From IMG/VR virus record IMGVR_UViG_3300013383_000023, positions 35,845 through 99,844 of that record: a stretch of DNA of 64,000 bases. One strand, written 5' to 3'. Shown one piece after another: positions 51,714 through 60,255 of the stretch. The position numbers and the translations under genes were made by a program. The DNA comes from a virus (taxonomy: Duplodnaviria; Caudoviricetes). Numbering within the stretch: the stretch's first letter is position 1; each line of letters starts with the position of its first letter. The notes below the pieces were generated by a model. The model saw only the letters and a program-made list of their open reading frames with translations, made no database searches and was not told the origin of the DNA.

Positions 51714-53267
51714 TTATTTTTTTGCCACATCCTCCGCATTTGAAGTTCCAGAATTTGAAGCTTCCTTTGCGGACTCTCCAGATTCAGCCTCCTTCGCAGC
51801 TTCGCTTTTTTCAAGCGGTTTAATATTAGCATCACTATACTTCTCAACCTTGTCAGATTGAGGCAAGAACAGATTGCCAATTACGCCAACTTTTTGTTGA
51901 ACATTGTACATAAGATTTACAAACGACTCTTCGATAATAGACGTCTTTGTTCCAGCAATTTCCTTAGCGAAGTATTCGCTTCTAGTAAAGAAATATAATT
52001 TCTTAATAGACCCAGGTGTACCAGGCTTATAAGCGTCTACTACCTTTTCTGGAATAGCCTTATCAAAATGTGTTAGATAATGAACCGCCTTATTGGCAGT
52101 ATCAAGCTCTGTCTGCAAAACCTCTTTTGCGGACTTAGTAAGCTTACCTTTAAGTTTATCTGTGTTTTCTGCGGTAACATAGGTGTTATACCACAAAACG
52201 ATAAACTTAACAATTTCTGCCACCTCTTCATCAGATAAAGCGCATTCTCCTCTGAATTTAAGAGCGCAGCGCATAGACAGAAATGCTCCAACCGGAGATT
52301 CGTCTTCAACACAGTATTTTGCAAGATTTGAACCAATTTGCCGAAACATCAATGTAGGTTCTGTAATGCTAATTGCGTCCTGAATCCAATCATCAATGTT
52401 TCGAGAATCAAGTACAGCTCTCTTCTCGCTACTATTACCATCTCTTTCGAGTTCAGCATATCTATAATCTTTAATAAACTTAATAGCTGTAAGAATATTG
52501 TTTTCAACACTCCTGCTATTACGTTTGGCAAAGATCTTATTTAATGCTGCAACAAGCTGATCTTTTGTAGTAATCTTTTTAGGATCCATTTCTACTTCGG
52601 CATCAGCCTTCTTTTTGTCGTCTTGAATCTTTTTGGTTACATCTTCTGGAATATCTTCCGGTTTGAAATCAAGTACTCCTTCTTCTCCTGTTGATTGACT
52701 GATTCCAGCCTTCACCAAATCTTCTGGAGTTGGAAGTCTTAATTTATCGGCATCAGGAAGTTTTACACCAAATGTACTTGCAAGATTCTGAAGCTCGGGG
52801 AATGAACTCTTCCGAATAAGCAATGATATCGGTGTGGTAGTGTTAACTACCTGTTCCAACAATGTTCCAAATACAATAGTGTCCACAATTCTACTTGCTC
52901 CATTAAGGAACATTGGCGAATACTTTTGAGCTGCTGCTGAATCCTTACGGTACTTATCGTCCATAATACCAGCAAGCCTTACATATCCGTCTGCAGACAA
53001 TCCAGAACCAGATGTTTGTTTCATTACTCCAAGGATAGAAGCAAACTCATTTTGTTCTGCTTTATTTGCAGTTGGTACTGGGGCTGATTCTGATGGATTT
53101 TCCTTTGGTGTAGGAATATCTGGAATCTGCCCTGTTGGCTTCTCTTCATTTGTCTCTGCAACTTGAGTTGCTGCTTCAACTGCATCTTTCTTACCTTCAG
53201 CTACTGGAGCTGTTTTAACGTTATTGTTAACTGTATTAACGTTCTTCTTTTTATTCTTCTTACTCAT
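51714..53267 (-). CDS. Hypothetical protein (517 aa, low-complexity termini)
   Basis: Long ORF with the leader motif and biased codon usage. Confidence 0.85.
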   Translation of the reverse strand: MSKKNKKKNVNTVNNNVKTAPVAEGKKDAVEAATQVAETNEEKPTGQIPDIPTPKENPSESAPVPTANKAEQNEFASILGVMKQTSGSGLSADGYVRLAGIMDDKYRKDSAAAQKYSPMFLNGASRIVDTIVFGTLLEQVVNTTTPISLLIRKSSFPELQNLASTFGVKLPDADKLRLPTPEDLVKAGISQSTGEEGVLDFKPEDIPEDVTKKIQDDKKKADAEVEMDPKKITTKDQLVAALNKIFAKRNSRSVENNILTAIKFIKDYRYAELERDGNSSEKRAVLDSRNIDDWIQDAISITEPTLMFRQIGSNLAKYCVEDESPVGAFLSMRCALKFRGECALSDEEVAEIVKFIVLWYNTYVTAENTDKLKGKLTKSAKEVLQTELDTANKAVHYLTHFDKAIPEKVVDAYKPGTPGSIKKLYFFTRSEYFAKEIAGTKTSIIEESFVNLMYNVQQKVGVIGNLFLPQSDKVEKYSDANIKPLEKSEAAKEAESGESAKEASNSGTSNAEDVAKK

Positions 53268-53370
53268 AATTTTGATAATTTGAGATTTTATCTCAGCCTT
53301 CCTTACAGACTAATTTTGTTAAATACTTTTGCTTATAATATTATTGTAATGATTGAATTATAAATCTTCT

Positions 53371-53760
53371 TCAACTTGTATCATAAACAAATGGTTGATC
53401 TCTACTCATGATAGCCTTTGAACTTGTATGTCCTGCTACTGTATTAAATACAATGATTTGATAATCCTTACCTGTTGATTTTGTCTCAACGAATGTATCT
53501 TCGCACTCTTCTACGGCAGGAGCTACCTGCAACGAGCACGTCGATGTCAACATGGGATTATTTGCCAAATCTTGTTTAATAATACACTTCTTAGTCTCAT
53601 TTACAACATGAGCGTTCGAAGTTGCAGCACGTCCAACAAATCCGGCTAACATGCTTAAGAAACAAGCCCAAAATAATCTATTAGACTTGTTCAATTTTGC
53701 TATTGCGATGCACACAATTGCACCAACAACTAATAACATAATTTGCAGCATGTTAAGCAA
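53371..53760 (-). CDS. Two-TM membrane protein (possible anti-sigma factor)
   Basis: Two N-terminal hydrophobic helices; overlaps the end of the sigma gene. Confidence 0.6.
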   Translation of the reverse strand: MLNMLQIMLLVVGAIVCIAIAKLNKSNRLFWACFLSMLAGFVGRAATSNAHVVNETKKCIIKQDLANNPMLTSTCSLQVAPAVEECEDTFVETKSTGKDYQIIVFNTVAGHTSSKAIMSRDQPFVYDTS

Positions 53761-54322
53761 TTTTTAATTTGTTAAACACTTGTTGTCGGAATCTAAATAG
53801 GATTGATTTTATTGTTCCTATTGGTGTTCCTAAACATTTTGAAATATCTGCAATTGTATAACCATCTGTATAGTACATTGTAAGTACTTTCCTCTTAATC
53901 GGAGTTAGATTTGTGAATTTAGACGTGATGCTATCAAGTGTCATATTATTAACAATGTCACTTTCATGACGATTTTGAGTTTGATTAAAATCAATTCTCC
54001 AATCGTTAGGATCAACATACACCTGCTTGCCCTTAATTGTACGCAGATAATCTATTGCAGTATTTTTAGTTAAAACTCGTAACCATCCTCCAAAAGAGTC
54101 GTAATTTACGAATTTAGAGAGTTTATCATGAACTTTCACAAAAACAACATTAGCTATATCTTTAGCTTCGTCTTTATCTTTTATATAGTCATATAATATT
54201 CCTTCTACAAAAGATTTATAATTGTAAAAAATCTGATTAAAAGCTAGTTTATCACCAGCTTTCGCCTTTTTGATAATGGCAATCTCTTTATCTGTAATTT
54301 TTGGTAAAGTAGATTTATCCAT
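53753..54322 (-). CDS. ECF-type sigma-70 factor
   Basis: Region 2 'GDKLAFNQI...EAKDIANVVFVK...SFGGWLRVLTKNTAIDYLR'; region 4 'DGYTIADISKCLGTPIGTIKSILFR'. Confidence 0.9.
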   Translation of the reverse strand: MDKSTLPKITDKEIAIIKKAKAGDKLAFNQIFYNYKSFVEGILYDYIKDKDEAKDIANVVFVKVHDKLSKFVNYDSFGGWLRVLTKNTAIDYLRTIKGKQVYVDPNDWRIDFNQTQNRHESDIVNNMTLDSITSKFTNLTPIKRKVLTMYYTDGYTIADISKCLGTPIGTIKSILFRFRQQVFNKLKIA

Positions 54323-54410
54323 ATCAACAAATTTAACCGGTTATTAAGTTGTCACTGCTATATGAGACGGCGCTCGTTAGTACGTACAAGTTAAATCAAT
54401 AACTTACACG

Positions 54411-54827
54411 TTAAAATGGTAACATTTCATTAAACACACTATTAAATTCTAATTTGAGTCTCAAACATAAACTACAATGTAATTTACGTTTTTCGGCATC
54501 ATTTATAGATTTGCATTTATTTAGCATACCAGTAGCTATTCGAAGTAATACTCCAAATGTCTCTTCTGATATACTTCCAAATTTTAATACAATACTTCTG
54601 TTAACAAATTCATTTATATTCCTTAATTCGATATTTGTATAAGCATTAAGCCACAATGTATCTAATTGATTATTATTTATTAACATGTATTGATCAAGAT
54701 TCTTATTTTTATCAAGATAATTATATATCTGATATTTTAGCCAATCTTTTTGAATGAATTTTAATAATGGTGATTTAATTAATAGTTCACTCGAATAACG
54801 ACCCTTTTCCATGCATAACTTTATCAA
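54411..54827 (-). CDS. Hypothetical protein
   Basis: 138-aa ORF ending EMLPF; overlaps the upstream gene. Confidence 0.65.
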   Translation of the reverse strand: MIKLCMEKGRYSSELLIKSPLLKFIQKDWLKYQIYNYLDKNKNLDQYMLINNNQLDTLWLNAYTNIELRNINEFVNRSIVLKFGSISEETFGVLLRIATGMLNKCKSINDAEKRKLHCSLCLRLKLEFNSVFNEMLPF

Positions 54828-55308
54828 ATTTATTAATTAACTTACATGCCGCTTCGGCTGTACAGTTACATCTTACTTTAATGACGCTTACCATCTTTGT
54901 AAATGATATTTCAGATTGATCCATCTTTAAGTATATATTATATAATTCAAGTATTTCGTCACTTGTAAGTTTAATAGAATTTGTGTAAATGCCACGATAT
55001 ATTGGCAAGTTGCCGTAATCTACAGGAAGTAACATAAATAACCATCTTCCTCTGTCATACATTATACTATTCAATACATCATTGTCTGCAATTAATTCTT
55101 TTTTCTGTAATACAGACTTAATGAATTCAGAATCATATTGTTCTTCATCTTGCGCGTGCATAAAGTTATTTAACAATAATCCACGCTTTGCTGTTAAATT
55201 GGGATACCACCCAACAAATTGTACTATACATACGATTTTGTTATTTTGAGCGATGTACGTACCAGCTTGTTCTGGGAATGTTTTCCAATCAATGTTTCGT
55301 ATAATCAT
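54787..55308 (-). CDS. Hypothetical protein
   Basis: 173-aa ORF within the operon. Confidence 0.7.
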   Translation of the reverse strand: MIIRNIDWKTFPEQAGTYIAQNNKIVCIVQFVGWYPNLTAKRGLLLNNFMHAQDEEQYDSEFIKSVLQKKELIADNDVLNSIMYDRGRWLFMLLPVDYGNLPIYRGIYTNSIKLTSDEILELYNIYLKMDQSEISFTKMVSVIKVRCNCTAEAACKLINKFDKVMHGKGSLFE

Positions 55309-55309
55309 A

Positions 55310-55630
55310 TTATTTACAATTTAGTTCTTCTTGTCTTATCCATCCTTCAATGTTCTCAAGGTTTATTTTGTCGTTATCAGACAAATCTTTCCAAGGAATT
55401 AATCTATGAAATACATCTGATTCATTTTGGCCAGGATATCTCATAAACATATAATTTAGAATTTTAGTCTTTTCACTATTGTTACTAGGACTACTTGAAT
55501 AATTTCCGAAGTACGATTTATAAATAAGATTTAATACTCGTGTATATATCTTATATTTATACAATATAACACAGATACATCCACATTGTTGTAATCGTTC
55601 TCGTACTGCTTGTTTATACCCTTTCTTCAT
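55310..55630 (-). CDS. Hypothetical protein
   Basis: 106-aa ORF with the ATTATCAAAAATG leader. Confidence 0.7.
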   Translation of the reverse strand: MKKGYKQAVRERLQQCGCICVILYKYKIYTRVLNLIYKSYFGNYSSSPSNNSEKTKILNYMFMRYPGQNESDVFHRLIPWKDLSDNDKINLENIEGWIRQEELNCK

Positions 55631-55670
55631 TTTTGATAATGATTAAAGTAATAATGTTAATTAACTCTAG

Positions 55671-55753
55671 AGAGAGGCTCGGGCTCGAACCGAAATTTAC
55701 GCTAATAGAGAAACAGACATTAATATGCTGTCAGCCTGATTACTGAACCTCTC
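55671..55753 (-). ncRNA. tRNA-like element F, abutting the tmRNA coding piece
   Basis: GAGAGGT...GCTGACAG...CTATTAGC...TCGG-TTCGAGC-CCGA-GCCTCTC. Confidence 0.6.
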
Positions 55754-55755
55754 AT

Positions 55756-56150
55756 TTGGAAGTTTAACGACATTCCAGGTCGATGCTTGTTGTTATTGCT
55801 GCACTTAGCTCAAGACTTTACTTACGCTACGCAAGTGTAGTCTACAATATTACTATTGTTCTGATTTATTATTTACTATAAGTCTCGTATTTACCTTTCG
55901 AACGCATCAAAAGCCAATTCATCCCCATTGAATAGTATACCCATATTCACATATAGATATACTTGCTATAAATACTATTTTCTCAAACTGTATTTATATT
56001 ATTAGTAATCCTTAAAATGCATTGTAATACTTTCAGTGAATAATAATAAAACAATTTAAGTTATAAAAATAGATAATCTAAGCGGTGGAGATGCGCGGAC
56101 TCGAACCGCGGTCTACGTCCGTATTCTAATACTCAAACGACTTTAGTTTC
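55756..56150 (-). ncRNA. ssrA: Circularly permuted two-piece tmRNA (acceptor piece ~56150-56084, IVS 56083-55927, coding piece 55926-~55756)
   Basis: GGGGATG pairs with upstream CATCTCC-A-CC, giving G3.U70. T arm CGCGG-TTCGAGT-CCGCG; P2 TGCGTTCG/CGGACGTA. Tag ORF at 55863-55822 with a stop-codon hairpin, followed by two pseudoknots. Confidence 0.88.
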
Positions 56151-56309
56151 TTTATTGTAAATGTATAGTTAGGTCAGTTCTATACATTCGATTTAAGCTT
56201 ATTTAAATTCGTTTTAAGACATTTCTGAAGTCTTTGTGGTTAATTACTCCATTTAACAATATACTCTGCCTTAAAACGAATTATTTAACTTACATCATAA
56301 CGTTGGATT

Positions 56310-56605
56310 CATGGCTTATAGCTCTTAGTATCACGTTAAATACATCTTTTGATACATACATGCTGTACGACTTACCTTTCATAGGATATCTCTTATCACG
56401 TAAACAGGGCTCAATGGCTCTCATGTATACATTGACCTAGATAACATAGTTTATACACCCTGTTTTGAGTGTGTTCTACCCATACTTGGCTCAAGGCTCT
56501 TGATGATTGTGTTAATTCACAATGGCTGCGCTTGTGTCTTTATCCCGCAGAATCTATTCCAACTGTAATCATCACGCATAGTATTTTGGCTCTAGGCTCT
56601 CATAC
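56310..56605 (-). repeat. Four interspersed AGAGCY-N2-3-RAGCC motifs in a structured intergenic region
   Basis: - strand copies AGAGCCTAGAGCC (~56600), AGAGCCTTGAGCC (~56500), AGAGCCATTGAGCC (~56421) and AGAGCTATAAGCC (~56325). Confidence 0.7.
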
Positions 56606-56624
56606 TTTGGTATTTGTGCAAATT

Positions 56625-57140
56625 CTAGAATCTAATTTCGAAACTTACATCCCACAAACCGATATTGTAATCACGAAGAATATTTGAAATCTTATTAGTC
56701 ATTTCAGACTTCCAATCATCGATCTCTTCAAGAGCCTTATTGTACTCTTTAATAATCTCATTACGTTCTTTCGCATATTCTGTTGTTGTAAATTCCTCTG
56801 GCTTCGGATACTTCTCCTGAAGCTTCTTAAAGTACTCTGCATCACGCTCTTTATTGTCAGCTTCACCAACAATGAAATCACGAATAGACTTAGTCTTCTT
56901 AAGGAATGTCTGGGTTACAGCTTCTTGTTTGCGTCTTGTCTGCAGCATTATAAGAGTCTTATTGTTGATATATTCAGATTCTCCAATCATTCGCATTGCG
57001 TCTTTCTTTGCACGCTCATCATTATTCCTCTGAACTTCAGCCATTGCTGACTCTACGCCTTTAGAAATACTATTAAGACCATTAATCTTAGACTCAATTG
57101 TTTCTACTGTTGCTGCTACGTTTTTGCTCTTGTTTGCCAT
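56625..57140 (-). CDS. Hypothetical coiled-coil protein
   Basis: 171-aa ORF with the leader motif and a TAG stop. Confidence 0.75.
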   Translation of the reverse strand: MANKSKNVAATVETIESKINGLNSISKGVESAMAEVQRNNDERAKKDAMRMIGESEYINNKTLIMLQTRRKQEAVTQTFLKKTKSIRDFIVGEADNKERDAEYFKKLQEKYPKPEEFTTTEYAKERNEIIKEYNKALEEIDDWKSEMTNKISNILRDYNIGLWDVSFEIRF

Positions 57141-57174
57141 AATTTTGATAATTTAAATGCTTGTTAATTTGATA

Positions 57175-57489
57175 TTAATATTTCGGTTCTATAATTTCGC
57201 TTACAGAGCCTGGTACTATTGTTGTTTCAATAGTTTTGAATCCTTCTTCTTTACTATAATCTTTGGATTCATAATGAATAGTCCACAAATCTTGATGGTT
57301 TTTAAGATATGCGTCCCATTGCTTTCTTTTGCCATTAGTACTTGACATAAATCTGCAAGTAAACATAGAGATTAATGCTCTACGTGCGTTTGATGCAGTT
57401 TTTATGTTTGGGTAATAAAGGCTACTTGTGATTTTCTTACCATCCTTGACACGCATGATGTCAATTCGATACATTTTCTTCAAATTCAT
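57175..57489 (-). CDS. Hypothetical protein
   Basis: 104-aa ORF. Confidence 0.6.
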   Translation of the reverse strand: MNLKKMYRIDIMRVKDGKKITSSLYYPNIKTASNARRALISMFTCRFMSSTNGKRKQWDAYLKNHQDLWTIHYESKDYSKEEGFKTIETTIVPGSVSEIIEPKY

Positions 57490-57622
57490 CGTAATTACGA
57501 GTGTTTATTTTATTTCGATGATATGGTTCCATGTGTTTATGCGAACCACGTCCTCGCTTATTTTCCGTCTCATCACGATATTGCGCTTTAACGGCTGGTC
57601 TATCACGTCTTGTTCTACACAT
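57461..57622 (-). CDS. Small basic hypothetical protein (53 aa)
   Basis: Starts MCRTRRDRPAVK; ATG overlaps the end of the upstream gene and the ORF fills the gap. Confidence 0.45.
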   Translation of the reverse strand: MCRTRRDRPAVKAQYRDETENKRGRGSHKHMEPYHRNKINTRNYDEFEENVSN

Positions 57623-58094
57623 TTTCTGTAATTAGAAATAATTTATGCAACTGATAAATGGTTTGAATCATAGAAGAACTAATTCCTTTAGATACCAAAT
57701 ATCCATAATACTTTTTATTTTCATAATTTTCAGCTAATTTGTGTATAGCTTTTACAAGGTTTTTGTTTTCAAGTCCATCAACAAAAACACTATTACATTG
57801 CATTTTTAAGTTAGAAATGAATCTAATAGGCTCTTTTTCTGGATCTCCACATAATTTTGTTAAAAAGCTAATTGACGCTCTTGTTTCTTCGTCAGAATCA
57901 CATTCTTCTTTGTTAAATTCTTTCGACTTGGAATTTACAACTCCTTTTGCAATAAGCTTTGCTATTTCTGCATTACTTAATACTGATACAGAAACTTCAC
58001 TTGAACCACTTCTATTACAAATAGAATTAACAATTTTTGTAATCCCTGAATCTGAAATTTCGTTTCCGTTGTGAAATATTACTATTGCTCGCAT
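57615..58094 (-). CDS. Hypothetical protein
   Basis: 159-aa ORF with a TAG stop. Confidence 0.7.
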   Translation of the reverse strand: MRAIVIFHNGNEISDSGITKIVNSICNRSGSSEVSVSVLSNAEIAKLIAKGVVNSKSKEFNKEECDSDEETRASISFLTKLCGDPEKEPIRFISNLKMQCNSVFVDGLENKNLVKAIHKLAENYENKKYYGYLVSKGISSSMIQTIYQLHKLFLITENV

Positions 58095-58549
58095 TTTGAA
58101 GTCTCCTCGTTTGTTAAAATTAATGATGCTGTTGTATCCTTTTTAAGTTCTTGTGGTATTTTAGGGGCAATTTCATCAGTTTCTATTTGCCTACTATAAA
58201 TATCATAATTTAACTTATACTCTGATACTAACGATTTCATTGTAACTTTATGTTCTCGTGATAAAACTACACGTCCAACTCTATCTACCATTTGTGGAGA
58301 CATTTGTTTAAACACATTTTTAATTTCATCATCGAGTACTAAATTGTCATGAAACGTTTTCAGTTCATCAATTTTAGTAAACTCAGGATTAGTTTGTGCC
58401 ATTAATTGCACAGAAAACCATACACTGTCTTCTTGATTGGCAGATTTATCTGTCTTACCATGATCACAGGATGTTACACACATAACCGCACATAATGCGA
58501 CTATGACTCCGATTAACCATACAGAGATTTTGCCGAATGTTCTTGTCAT
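58082..58549 (-). CDS. Putative lipoprotein
   Basis: Signal peptide ending VTS-C; leader motif; TAG stop overlaps the next gene. Confidence 0.65.
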   Translation of the reverse strand: MTRTFGKISVWLIGVIVALCAVMCVTSCDHGKTDKSANQEDSVWFSVQLMAQTNPEFTKIDELKTFHDNLVLDDEIKNVFKQMSPQMVDRVGRVVLSREHKVTMKSLVSEYKLNYDIYSRQIETDEIAPKIPQELKKDTTASLILTNEETSKCEQ

Positions 58550-58621
58550 TTTGATAATTTTTAAGAACGTTAATTAAGTTTATTGCCCATTGTTTTACAT
58601 TAGTTGGAACTAATGATAGGT

Positions 58622-59062
58622 TTAAATACCTACGGATTTTAAGATTTTGCTTTTCGTGTTCAATACTGAAGCAAGTAAGTCATAATTAACAAACTTACAG
58701 AGTTTTTCCCGTTCACTCAGGCTATCATCAAATGTAAATACGTCACGAAATAGACTTAATGCAAATACTAGAGAGTCTCTAATAATTTCTGCGTTATGAT
58801 CTATTTTTTCAATATCTATAGGATGATAAAACCCTATAAAGATTGTTATACACGTTTTCGAAATTGAATAACGTATATCAACACTACGTAGTTCTACAGT
58901 TTTAATGTATCGCTTTTTAATCATCCACTTACGGATGTAGGTACTAAAATTACTAGCGACATTAGCCTTTTTTGTAACATTCAAACTTGATTGAACAGAT
59001 ACAGTCATTTCTACCTTTTTTCTTCTTTCGAAGACTGAAGGTCTTGTTTTTAAACTTTTCAT
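58622..59062 (-). CDS. Hypothetical protein
   Basis: 146-aa ORF. Confidence 0.65.
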   Translation of the reverse strand: MKSLKTRPSVFERRKKVEMTVSVQSSLNVTKKANVASNFSTYIRKWMIKKRYIKTVELRSVDIRYSISKTCITIFIGFYHPIDIEKIDHNAEIIRDSLVFALSLFRDVFTFDDSLSEREKLCKFVNYDLLASVLNTKSKILKSVGI

Positions 59063-59168
59063 ATTATTATTAATTGATTAATCTAATTTAAAAAGGTAAG
59101 AATTGTTTCGCAACAACCCTTACCAAATAATCATTATTAACAATTTAAAATAACACTAATGAGTTTTC

Positions 59169-59231
59169 ATGTCCATCTGTATTCATAGAGGCTTTGGACT
59201 CTTATGCATTCCTGCATAGCTACATTAACAT
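59169..59231 (-). ncRNA. Twister self-cleaving ribozyme (type P1)
   Basis: AUGU-UAA-UGUA-GC-UAUGCA[GGAA]UGCAUA-AGAG-UCCA-AA-GC-CUCU-AUGAA-UACA-GA-UGGA-CAU; P1-P4 and pseudoknots T1 (UCCA/UGGA) and T2 (GC/GC) all pair. Confidence 0.85.
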
Positions 59232-59254
59232 TCTAGAGACTCGGTAGTTTGATG

Positions 59255-59461
59255 CTACCAAGTCTTTAGTAAAACATAAAATACATAAATCAAACCAAGT
59301 GTAAGCATTGCTATGAGTATAGCTATTAGGTTTAACCCAATAACTGCACACATGATACTCCAACCTATCCCTAATCCTATTATTCCAAGACAACAGAATG
59401 TAGATAGTAATAATTTTGCTTGTTGTTTATTAATCATTGTTAATTTCAAAGAATTTATCAT
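59255..59461 (-). CDS. Small two-TM membrane protein
   Basis: Two hydrophobic helices; TAG stop. Confidence 0.6.
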   Translation of the reverse strand: MINSLKLTMINKQQAKLLLSTFCCLGIIGLGIGWSIMCAVIGLNLIAILIAMLTLGLIYVFYVLLKTW

Positions 59462-59681
59462 TCCATGCAGATATAAAATATATACAGAATATAATTATAC
59501 TTGTACATATTACTGCAAAAGCAAACCCAAGTATCCAAATACTCACATTAGCGTTCCCTGGACTCATTAAGAGCCCAAAGAATGCTAATATTGATGCCGT
59601 TAAACCAATTCCACTACAGAATAAATGAGGAAATATTCTGAAGAATGATTTAATTCTATTTTTATGAGAATGCATCTTCAA
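59430..59681 (-). CDS. Small two-TM membrane protein
   Basis: Two hydrophobic helices; overlapping operon arrangement. Confidence 0.6.
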   Translation of the reverse strand: MKMHSHKNRIKSFFRIFPHLFCSGIGLTASILAFFGLLMSPGNANVSIWILGFAFAVICTSIIIFCIYFISAWNDKFFEINND

Positions 59682-59865
59682 TAACCTTTTTGTCTTGTTC
59701 TGATAAATCTTTTCGATCCATCATAAATATGGCTTCCATCAATCGGCTTCTATTATGTTCACATGCGGTCTCATATCCATCTTTAAAACCTAAACTATAC
59801 GCATTACTTAAACTACGTTTTGTAATAACAGACTTGCGTTTCTTTGGAGTTTTCTTTTCTTCCAT
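59662..59865 (-). CDS. Hypothetical protein
   Basis: 67 aa; 'AYSLGFKDGY' motif. Confidence 0.6.
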   Translation of the reverse strand: MEEKKTPKKRKSVITKRSLSNAYSLGFKDGYETACEHNRSRLMEAIFMMDRKDLSEQDKKVIEDAFS

Positions 59866-60255
59866 TTATTTAGATTTATAAAATTGTACATTTTTTAAAG
59901 TGTCACCTTTATATGAAACCCCAGCTTTGCGATACTTTACAATACGCTGAGGAGTATTATTTTTAAATATTATACCAAGATATGCATGAACATTTGTTCT
60001 GTAACACAGGATAATATAATCATATACACTTTTAGGAAGTGTAATTAGATCGCAAATATTCTGATCGTCATTAACATATTTGACATAATATTTTGTTGTA
60101 GTTTGACCTTTAGTATTTTGTTGAGTTAATGTGTATATACATGATATATCATTATTCCAACAAATACATGTATCAACTTTAGCTGTTGTTTTTGTAACAG
60201 CTTGTGCAAATACTATTTGAGATAGCAATAAGCACACAATAAGTAACTTTTTCAT
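59866..60255 (-). CDS. Secreted hypothetical protein
   Basis: Signal peptide MKKLLIVCLLLSQIVFAQA. Confidence 0.65.
   Translation of the reverse strand: MKKLLIVCLLLSQIVFAQAVTKTTAKVDTCICWNNDISCIYTLTQQNTKGQTTTKYYVKYVNDDQNICDLITLPKSVYDYIILCYRTNVHAYLGIIFKNNTPQRIVKYRKAGVSYKGDTLKNVQFYKSK

Noticed and set aside
51596-51880. 94-aa minus ORF overlapping the end of the 517-aa gene
   Set aside because: Alternative-frame overlap with a weak start; only its short distal part could be a real small gene, and I cannot support that.
54325-54410. Possible ribozyme or riboswitch upstream of the sigma gene
   Set aside because: Some pairing (GATTTAAC/GTTAAATT) but no complete hammerhead or pistol core could be matched.
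40183-56150. Amber suppressor tRNA (CUA)
   Set aside because: None of the tRNA or tRNA-like elements shows a CUA anticodon in a 7-nt loop; it may lie outside the window.
56310-56605. CRISPR array
   Set aside because: Repeats are only ~13 nt and degenerate, spacers are long and variable, and there are no cas genes.
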